Source: Octopus bimaculoides
Lineage: Eukaryota
DNA: 48,686 nt
NCBI RefSeq assembly: GCF_001194135.2
Contig: NC_068995.1
Span: 53,304,046 to 53,352,731, forward strand
Reading direction: 5' to 3'
The notes under the pieces were generated by a model. That model had not been told where the DNA came from and ran no database searches. It saw nothing but the letters and a program-made list of their open reading frames with translations. Below, one piece after another: positions 11,013 to 20,240 of this stretch (position 1 is the first letter of the stretch; the number at the start of each line of letters is the position of its first letter). The position numbers and the translations under genes were made by a program.

Positions 11013-14000
11013 CATTATTATTATTATTATTGTTATTATTATTCAGGTCACTGCCTGGAATCAAACTCAGAATCTTGGGGTTAGTAGCCTGTGCTCTTAA
11101 CCCCAAGATTCCGAGTAATAATAATAATAATAATAACATCGAAAAATACCTTAGGAATGAGAATCCAGGTTCAAAATATCCCCAAGACACCTGATGAAGG
11201 ATGGAGGGTATATTAGCCGAGATGTGTTAACAACAAACAAGATGAGGACAAATATCCGTCAAATGTAAATAATGTACATAATTCCTCATCTCTTAAATAT
11301 AGAACTGTATTATATAACCTTATGCTCATCAGAAATAGCCCATATGGAAGGAAATATGGTGATTTGTAAGATCAGCTGCGATGGATATTTAATACTATAA
11401 AATTCAGATGATATACCCATTCTACTGACATATACAAGTGCATCTTGTCCCTGACTTATGGTCTCTTTAGATGACTCACACACATATATATTCACACACA
11501 CATAAACACACGCACACACAAGTGTATATGGTGATGATAATGATAGTACTACTATCGTGCAGGAACATTGACGAGGACATTGGAAAACCTGGAAACAGAT
11601 TCTGAATTTGCTGATGGTGCCCGAACTACAGATGCTTTAAAACAGGTAATTATTCCATATTTTTGTAGCAGTGATTTGAAACCAAACCACTAGTTAACCA
11701 GTTAGACACCACAACCGAAACACACTGGTTTCACATGATCAGTCTATTAAGCAACCAATCAACATCAAGTTACGACATGATTTAATCTTTTAGAATGTTC
11801 CTCTTGTACTCTAAAAGAACCGCTTTTGGCTATAATTCATTGCATAATGTTGGGGAGTTGCTGCTGCTGCTAACTCAAACACCAGGCGATCCAAAATGGC
11901 AGGATCTATGTAAACGCACATTTCTTTGACTGTATTGTGCTGAAGAAGGGCCGTTGTGCTTGAAATATAACGATTTTTTTTAAAGCTTTCTACATTGTTA
12001 CAAGCTTTGTTTATTTCTCATTTTATTTTTCTAAAAGCATTATCTTTGTTTTCATTCTCCTTCTTTGGTTTCAGCTATTGTACTGTTGCCATGCTGGAGC
12101 ACCTACCATTCGTTAATTGTCTCAAGTGAAAACCCATGCATTTTAAAATTTTTTATCTTGTTCTTCTCTCCATAGATAATGAATGCTGCCTACCATGTCC
12201 AAATTACCTTTGAATCCAGTTCGTCATTCATGCGGTTATTTTTAGAGAAGATGAAGCAGGTAAAATTTATTTATTTTCACTGTCATCATAAATCATCACC
12301 ATCATTATCACCACCACCATCATCACTACCACCATCATCATCACCATTACCATCATCATCACCATTACCATCATCATCATCATCATGACATGCAACTTGC
12401 CTGGCCCAGTAAGTCATATCGGCTTGTCTCATCTGTGCATGTCACAATTACAGATACACTTTTATTCGTTTCAGTCATTTGACTGTGGCCATGCTGGAGC
12501 ACCGGCTTTAGTCGAGCAAATCGACCCCAGGACTTATTCTTTGTAAGCCTAGTACTTATTCAGTTGGTCTCTTTTCACCGAACTGTTAAGTTACAGGGAC
12601 ATAAACACACTAACATCAATTATCAAGTAATGATGGTGGGGACAAACACACACACACAGAATACATACATACATACATACATATATATATATATGTAGAT
12701 GTATGACGGGCTTCTTTCAGTTTCCATCTACCAAATCCACTCACAAAGCTTTGGTCAGCCCAAGGCTATAGTAGAAGACACTTGCCCAAGGTGCCGCGCA
12801 GTGGGACGGAATCTGGAACCATGCGATTACCACACAGCCACACCTGTGCCTCTGATAACAAATCATGTTTTGCATTCAAAATCCACTGAGGTTGACTTTG
12901 CCCCTTTTATTCTGTTTGGGGTCGATGAAATAAGTACCGGTTAAATACAGGGGTTGATGTAATCAAACTAATTCCGTCTCCTGAAATTGCTGGCTTTGTG
13001 CCAAATTTTGAAACCCTTATTTATTCTGAGTCCTAACCTTATCTTTGAATATATTTATATTTCAGTTGATTTTATTGGTACCCTGGAAGACACCGCCCCG
13101 TATTGATCTTGCCTGGAAAAACCGAGCTGCTGTGGAGATCTTAAACAATTTATGCCAAAGCCGGTTTGTTCTTCTTTAATCATTTCATTTTCTACATTTT
13201 ATTTGGTTTGAAAGACATAGAAGGAACTAATATCTCCATAGATTTATAGCAACCTCAAGCCTTGTGAGTGAAAATCAGGAAACAGAAATTGTATGGAAGC
13301 CCATCAGAAGGGCTTACCATTGTAGCTGTTGTTAGGTTAAGGACTTGATTCGGTCTCAGAATGTCAAGATCGTTCTCTCTTCCCTATTTAGTCTCAGTAG
13401 CTCTGCAAAACAAGGGCAATAGATAGTAGCTTTTCTTCTTTAATTGTATTGAAAATGGTAGAATTAACTCCACTTAGGTGCCTTTACCAAGATATTTCTA
13501 GCTGTGACCAGCCTGTCTTTTACCAGACTTGGTTTACTGACGACCACTTTGTCTAACTTCTCCTTTTCTTTTTTTTTTTAAGATGGTAAGCTGTGATTTG
13601 TAGATGTGACTATCATTTCTAGCAGACCAAGCGACTACTGGAATCGGTTCAATCTGTTCTACACATCCTTTTCCTTCTCTTCCCCTTCCTCTTCCTTTTC
13701 TTTATCTTCCACCTTTTCCTCTTCTCTCCCCATTCCCTCCACTTCTTCGTGTTTCCTCCACTTTTTCCTTCTTTACCTCTTCTCCACCCCCACTTCCTCC
13801 TTTTCCTTTTCATCCTCCTCTTTCTCTTCCTCTTTGCTCTGTATTCAATTTTATGCCTAACAAACAAAACAGTTTTAGAAATAACAGACTAATCTCCTTC
13901 AAACCACACCAAAATCAGTCTCAAAAGCAGAAAGAACTGATTAGCAATGTAGAAGCTTCTGGGGAAAGTCATGGTGGGAGAGTCTTTGATAATAAGTGTG

Positions 14001-14692
14001 TTGGATCATGGCTGACCTAGAAAGGCTTTACATGGTTGATTGAGTCAGTAGAAGTTGGAATTAAATCTTCCTCAAATCACATTGAAATGGTCCTAAAATT
14101 GGGAAGAACTCATTTGACAATGGCTTCTTCGAAATTCAAAACAAAAGAATTGTTAAGAACGAACATAAGTCTGCTTGACCAGAAATGTAAAGGGGCTGAG
14201 AAACAGCATTATTTATTGACAGTTTGACAAGAGGCTGGTAAGTTTAGGGGCTGCACCAGACTCCATTGTATATATATATATATATAATATATGTATGTAT
14301 ATGCATGTGTTCTATGAATGCGAATGTCTCATTATATATTGCCATTACTTGGCATTTTATAAAACTGTTGTTCTCCTGCGTAGGCTTCTCACTGACATTT
14401 AACAAACCAGGCAAGACTGACACAAGCTATGTTTAATTGAACGATCAAAAATGTGTTCAGCATTTCTCTCTCTCAAAAGCATGTCTCTCTCTCTCTCTGC
14501 TCTGCTCTTCTTTGTCTGTCTCTCCCTCTGTTCTTTGTCACTCTCTCTCTTTCTTCCCTTTTCATATTTGGTTGAATTATGTCTGTGAGCATTTTCATGT
14601 GAAGATCTAGGTAGGAATCTTTGTGTCTGTTATAACTTAACTAACTGTAATATACTTCTCCTTCTCTCTCATTGTATATATATATATATATA

Positions 14693-14734
<42 letters not shown>

Positions 14735-17700
14735 TGTGCGTGTGTTTGGATATACTCTTACTCTTTACTCTTTTACTTGTTTCAGTCATTTGGCTGCGGC
14801 CATCCTGGAGCACCGCATTTAGTCGAGCAAATCGACCCCAGGACTTATTCTTTGTAAGCCTAGTACTTATCCTATCAGTCTCTTTTGCCAAACCGCTAAG
14901 TTACAGGGATGTAAATACACCAGCATCGGTTCCATATTATTTCCATTCACAAGGCATTGGTCAGTCTTAGGCCCCAGAAGAAGAGACTTACCCTCAGTGC
15001 CATGCTATGAAATAATACTTGAAAGCACGTGGCTACAAAGTGAGTTCCTTGTCCACGTAGTGAAGCTCTTGTGTGTGTGTGTTAACATGTCTGTGTACAA
15101 GCAAGTCTGTTGGTATCAAAAAAGTTATTTTATATACAATTATTGCCCCCTAGACAAGAAAGAAATCAATGAACCAGAGATCAATAACTTGTCTCTTGAC
15201 TTCTCAGTCAATAATTAAGAGGTATATAGTTGTTGTGTGAAAATATGAATTGACCATAAGATAGATTTAATTTTTCTCACAGGTTAGCAAAGAGTATTTC
15301 ATCACAAATAAAGGAACGGTTGAAAAAATCCCACACGACATTCCTGACAGCTTTGAGACAGCTTGAGCACAAACATGTCAACCGAATGGATAAGATTGAA
15401 GTCTCTCGGATTCGAGTTAGAAAAATACATGCTCCAAAAGTTGCCAAGTTGGCACTGGAAAGTTCATCGTTAAAAGATAATGCTTTCTATGGTAAGAAAA
15501 ATTTATTACTTTATTGCATGGCTATGGGGTTGAGAAGTTTGCCTCCCTACTACATGGTCTTGGGTTCAATCCCACTCGCTGGCAACTGAGTGTTTTCTAC
15601 TATAGCCATGGGTCGAGGAAATGAAAAATAAAAAGGAGCTAGGAGTGGGTTGTGGGGAGCAGATGCCAAGGAACAGTAGAAGGGATTCAATGTGAAGAGT
15701 AGGGAGGAGGCAAATGGTATCATTTACAGCACCTGATTGAGTACTACTGCAGCAGATTGATGGATATTAAAAAGAAATCATAATGGTAATAATCTAAAAC
15801 TACAAAAAAAAATGGTTGATGGTCTGCATTGATAATGATTTAAAATAGAATTTGTTACTCAGATGAAGAGCAACGACCCAAAATGTTAGCTTCTCTTTTT
15901 GGTTTTTTTAATCTTTGTTTTGTCTTACCTTTTTTTAGATTTGATGATGAAATTCTTGATAAAAAAAGAAATTATAAAAGACATTTCCATTTCTATTCAC
16001 AATTTCCCTTTTGTAATTTAACCAGGGATTCCTCAAATGGGTCGTGAAGTAGGGCGAGGCCAGTACGGTGTTGTATATTCCTGTAATTCTTGGGGAAATT
16101 ATTCTCCATGTGCCATCAAATCTGTAATCCCTCCTGATGAAAAACATTGGAATGACTTGGCCATGGAACTATTTTATGCCAAGTAAGAAACATTTTTATA
16201 TTTACCTTTGTGTTACTTTTCAATCTGTGTGTGGGTGTGTTTGTGCCCCATTACCACCACCATCATTTGACAGCTGGTGTTGGTTTGTTTATGTCACCGT
16301 GAATTAGTAGTTCGGCCAATGGAATAATTACCAGACTTTGAAATTAATTACTGAGGTCAATTTGTTCAACTGAATTCTTCAAGGCAGTGCCCCAGCATGG
16401 CCATAGTTCAATTACTGAAACAAGTAGTGATTACAGAATTATCCTTCTGTAATGTCAGATGAATCCAGGAATGAGGTGTGTGTGTGTGTGTGGTGGAGGG
16501 AATCAAGCCATTATAATGAGACGCAATAATTTATACTTCTTTCTGTGACTAATTTTGACAGAAATATTCCGGAACATGATCGTATCGTATCCATCCGTGG
16601 TTCTGTGATAGACTATATGTACTGTGGCGGATTATCTCCAGCTGTCTTGCTAATAATGGATCGGTTACAGCGAGATTTACACACAGCCATTAAGCAGCAC
16701 CTAGACTGGTTAAGTCGGTAAGTTTCTTAATATTATTTCATGTTTCTTTTTTTAGGCATTGATTTTATGATCCTCTCACAAAACATCTGTTCCTTTCCAG
16801 CATAAGATACTCCTCCTTGCCTTGCGTGCCACAAGGCAATGCCACCAGTGCTGGTGGCACAAAATACTCCTAATACACTCCAAGTGTTTAGTACTTGATT
16901 TTGAACAGCAACAACACAGAGCTTAAGAGGACTCATTAGTCTTGCTATCAGCCTTTCTTTCAAAAAAAAAAGAAAAGAAAAACACATTCGTATGCCAACA
17001 GAAGTAAAAACTAATATTTTGGGTAGTTCCTCTTCATCAGAGATGCTTGTATTTATTTCTTATTTGTTTATACTTACATAACTAATTCATACAGATGTAG
17101 TTAAACCGTCATTATCTTAACCATCATAATGACTCATTATTATTATCATCATCATTATTATTATTATTTTTATTTTTTTTATTTTTGTAGATTGCAAGTT
17201 GCCATTGATGTAGTTGAAGGAATCCGTTACCTTCACAGTCAAGGTTTGGTGCACAGAGATATAAAGATGAAAAATGTTCTGGTAAGTTCTTCCTTTTGCT
17301 GTCAGCAATTGGACAATAAGAAATATCTTTTTATGAGAGTTACAATACATGCAGCAACTCTCTACATGTCTCCTCTTATTCAGTTTAGTCCATAGAAAGA
17401 TAGAATGGACTAAAGAGAAGTGGAGGAGACACATGGGATGGAGAATTGCTGAAGAGGTCACAGGGTGTGTGATGAAAGATTTTCAGACAATAGATACATA
17501 TAAAATGTTTCTTTTTATTTGGTGGGTGAGGTTCTAGAAAAATTTTAACCTCCAAAAAATTGAAGTTACTTTAACACACTAACTACCAGATCTACTGCTG
17601 AAGGTTCATTGCAAACTTCACACAACTGCCATGTGCATCACTGGTGTTACATTTTCAGAATTTGAGAAAATATTTTGTTCTGTATTTTTGACATGAGTTT

Positions 17701-18677
17701 GAGGATATTTAAATCGTGCATGGACAGGATGCCGAATGCATTTTTGCCGAAGGATGAGAAACCAAAGCCAAGAAGTTGAATGGATACAATGCTGAACGGT
17801 TGTGAGGGTTCGGCCAAGTGAAATACGAACCAAAGAGGGTCTACTGGAAAAAAAATAAAAAATGGTTGAGAACCACTACTTTAAATGATTGAATTTAGAG
17901 AAACCTATCTTTTTGACAAAAATTTTTTTATTTCTTTTCACCATTTTTTCCACTCTAAACTTACCTTAATTAATTCGATGACATTTTCTCTTTTATTTCT
18001 TTTTAATTAGCTTGACAAACAGAATCGTGGTAAATTAACTGATCTTGGATTTTGCAAACCAGAGGCAATGATGAGCGGCAGTATTGTTGGCACACCCATA
18101 CATATGGCACCAGAGCTATTTACTGGTCGATACGACAATAGCGTTGATATTTATGCTTTTGGCATCCTGTTTTGGTATATCTGTTCTGGTAAGGTTCAAC
18201 TACCAGTGGCATTTGATGACTGTGCAAGCAAAGACCATCTCTGGCATGCTGTTAAACGAGGTAATTCTTCATTCTATCTAACTCTTTCTAACTTCATATA
18301 TTTTCCCTGTCTCTTCTCTCCCTTATGTTGTCTACTGTTACTACAACTGCTGCTACTCTTTTGTATTACCAAACTACTGTATATCATATCCAAGAGATAT
18401 GGCTTTTAATTACTTATGCATTTCTTCAACATTTTTAATTTCAGGTTTACGTCCTGAGAAGCTAAAAGCATTCAGTTCTGAATGTTGGAACATTATGCAA
18501 CAATGCTGGCACTCGGAGCCATCGATGCGGCCTCTCTTAGGGGTTGTTGAAAGTAAACTACGCACCATTCAACAACTGGCATGGAACAATTTTGATAAGG
18601 TCAACCCGACTGACATCCCTTCCAAAAGTCAACCCATCACAACCAAATGGTTCTCGAGAGCCAAAACACCAACTTAA
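7560..18677 (+). CDS. DSTYK: Dual serine/threonine and tyrosine protein kinase (RIPK5/DSTYK), 5'-partial spliced gene. join(7560-8077,8466-9057,10005-10157,11563-11645,12176-12259,13066-13163,15283-15491,16026-16182,16562-16717,17191-17281,18011-18260,18445-18677); about 874 codons
   Basis: All 11 introns are GT-AG and phases join without a stop. Kinase motifs [30 protein letters not shown]. Family-specific strings [44 protein letters not shown] and CASKDHLW match vertebrate DSTYK as I recall it. Confidence 0.96.
8466..9057 (+). CDS. DSTYK: DSTYK exon (EIEELTIL...QHQFV)
   Basis: ttttcacag|GAA; TTG|gtaagt; phase 0 to 1. Confidence 0.92.
10005..10157 (+). CDS. DSTYK: DSTYK exon (GIEISEDG...LKELYT)
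   Basis: cattcaaag|GA; CAG|gtaagt; phase 1 to 1; [14 protein letters not shown] resembles DSTYK VANKLISSVDYLRE. Confidence 0.9.
10478..10672. mobile_element. MITE-like element with long imperfect terminal inverted repeats
   Basis: 10478-10540 and 10617-10672 are reverse complements (e.g. AAGAACCGGTTTTGCATT / AATGCAAAACCGGTTCTT); the left end abuts an N gap. Confidence 0.65.
10895..11100 (-). mobile_element. tRNA-headed SINE-like element with hammerhead-like motif, copy 1 (inverted partner of 11098-11310)
   Basis: Minus strand reads a truncated tRNA-like head (anticodon-arm-like GGCTACTAACC, T-arm/B box GAGTTTGATTCC), (AAT)n, body, then GACAC CTGATGA A GGCTG...GAAAC. Confidence 0.7.
11098..11310 (+). 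mobile_element. tRNA-headed SINE-like element with hammerhead-like motif, copy 2; its 3' tail recurs alone at about 36184-36258
   Basis: TAACCCCAAGATTCCGAGT(AAT)n...GACAC CTGATGA AGGATG...TAGCC GAGA TGTGTT AACAACAAACAAGATGAGGACAAATATCCGTCAAATG... Confidence 0.7.
11563..11645 (+). CDS. DSTYK: DSTYK exon ([11 protein letters not shown]...DALKQ), absent from the ORF track
   Basis: cgtgcag|GA; CAG|gtaatt; 83 nt keeps phase; resembles GTLERCLQSLEK...YLKQ. Confidence 0.88.
11934..11974 (+). ncRNA. Decayed minimal type I hammerhead-ribozyme motif (Penelope-like element terminus)
   Basis: ATTGTG CTGAAGA A GGGC-CGTTGT-GCTT GAAA TATA ACGAT; deviations from a functional core are mainly C>T/G>A changes, several at CpG. 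Confidence 0.45.
12176..12259 (+). CDS. DSTYK: DSTYK exon ([12 protein letters not shown]...KMKQ)
   Basis: ctctccatag|ATA; CAG|gtaaaa. Confidence 0.93.
13066..13163 (+). CDS. DSTYK: DSTYK exon ([18 protein letters not shown]...CQSR), absent from the ORF track
   Basis: atttcag|TTG; CG|gtttgt; phase 0 to 2; resembles WVSPPAITLEWKRK. Confidence 0.88.
15283..15491 (+). CDS. DSTYK: DSTYK exon (LAKSISSQ...[12 protein letters not shown]...FYG)
   Basis: ttctcacag|G; ATG|gtaaga. Confidence 0.93.
16026..16182 (+). CDS. DSTYK: DSTYK kinase exon with Gly-rich loop and catalytic Lys (GRGQYG...CAIK...WNDLAME)
   Basis: taaccag|GG; AA|gtaaga. Confidence 0.95.
16562..16717 (+). CDS. DSTYK: DSTYK kinase exon (NIPEHDRIV...[11 protein letters not shown]...LSR)
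   Basis: ttttgacag|A; CG|gtaagt. Confidence 0.94.
17191..17281 (+). CDS. DSTYK: DSTYK kinase catalytic-loop exon ([30 protein letters not shown])
   Basis: atttttgtag|A; CTG|gtaagt. Confidence 0.96.
18011..18260 (+). CDS. DSTYK: DSTYK kinase activation-segment exon ([23 protein letters not shown]...KRG)
   Basis: ttttaattag|CTT; GAG|gtaatt. Confidence 0.96.
18445..18677 (+). CDS. DSTYK: DSTYK terminal coding exon (LRPEKL...[13 protein letters not shown]...KTPT*)
   Basis: atttcag|GT; stop TAA at 18675-18677. Confidence 0.94.
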
Positions 18678-19558
18678 TGTTTGTCGAGTGTGTATGTGTC
18701 AGAGAGAGAGTGAGAGAGAGAGACGTTTTACAGATATATTTTCACGTGTTTATTTTAAATTGGAACCGACAGGGTAACCATTACATTGTTGATCAACCTA
18801 TTAAAACTAACGCTCATATCTCCTTGAATCACACCTTATTGCCTAAAAAAGGAGGTAATATATCATAGATCGGAGTACACAGTGCCTGATAAATAGACTG
18901 AATAGCCATGTCTGGAACGTCGTAGGACATAATTCTGCTCGGTTAGAGCTGGCCTGTGGCTTAAAAAATTACAAAAAAAAAAAAAGTCCAGAACTACATA
19001 AACCCAGCATGAGTGACCTCCCTTGCCACACTTGTTACTAGCAAAATGGTTGTGATCACATATTTTACAAAATATTTTTAATACACAATTCCAAATTTAT
19101 ATATATATATATGTATTTTTTTGGAGATTTTTTTACATCATTTACTGAGAAAATTTACAGTGAAAAAATAAATTTTTTGGGATGAATGAATATTATGAAT
19201 TTACCTGTTTNNNNNNNNNNNNNNNNNNNNNNNNNNNNNNNNNNNNNNNNNNNNNNNNNNNNNNNNNNNNNNNNNNNNNNNNNNNNNNNNNNNNNNNNNN
19301 NNNNNNNNNNNNNNNNNNNNNNNNNNNNNNNNNNNNNNNNNNNNNNNNNNNNNNNNNNNNNNNNNNNNNNNNNNNNNNNNNNNNNNNNNNNNNNNNNNNN
19401 NNNNNNNNNNNNNNNNNNNNNNNNNNNNNNNNNNNNNNNNNNNNNNNNNNNNNNNNNNNNNNNNNNNNNNNNNNNNNNNNNNNNNNNNNNNNNNNNNNNN
19501 NNNNNNNNNNNNNNNNNNNNNNNNNNNNNNNNNNNNNNNNNNNNNNNNNNNNNNNNNN

Positions 19559-19670
19559 CTTGTGCCTCCACTGAAAAATAGACGTCGAAAGACACTATTA
19601 CCACCATGAGAATTTATGGTGGTAATAGTGTCTTTTGACGTCTATTTTTCAGTGCGTGGTGAGGCACAAG
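19559..19670. repeat. Near-perfect inverted repeat (39-bp arms, 8-nt loop, extra 10-bp outer arms)
   Basis: 19569-19607 vs 19616-19654 differ at one position; CTTGTGCCTC (19559-19568) vs GAGGCACAAG (19661-19670). Confidence 0.9.
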
Positions 19671-20198
19671 CCAAGCCCTTGTTATAATTATGCTTATAAT
19701 TATAAAATATTTATATTTATATATCTATCTATCTATATATATATATATATATACACACACGTGCACTAACATTACACATGTATGTGTGTAATGAATGCGT
19801 ATATACATCTGATAGAAGTTTATAAATATTCACCTGTTGCCTATTGATCTATTGATCTGTCTGTTGTTGTACCTTGGTACAAAGGCAAATAGATGTGTGA
19901 GTGTGTGCATGTTTCATATGCTTTGTCATGTATATGTATGCAAATAAAAGTGGGAATAAAGCGCATGTGTGTGTGTATTGCAATGTGGGTGCTAAATGAG
20001 ACAGTTGGATGCAGCTGTTTGGACACTGATGATTTGACATGAACACATGGACATTCAATTTATTTGATGCTGGACAGATACACATGCAGAGAGGAGGAGA
20101 GAGAGCACACATGAACATATAGGGAGAAGAAGGAGGAGGAGGCAGAATGAGAGACACGTTAAAATGTCTGATGTCAAACAAGTCAGCATTGAATCAAT

Positions 20199-20240
20199 TG
20201 TGCCAAAACGGTTGTGCCAAAACGGCTGTGCCAAAACGTC
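20199..20240 (+). repeat. Three copies of a 14-bp unit TGTGCCAAAACGGY
   Basis: Directly visible. Confidence 0.8.
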
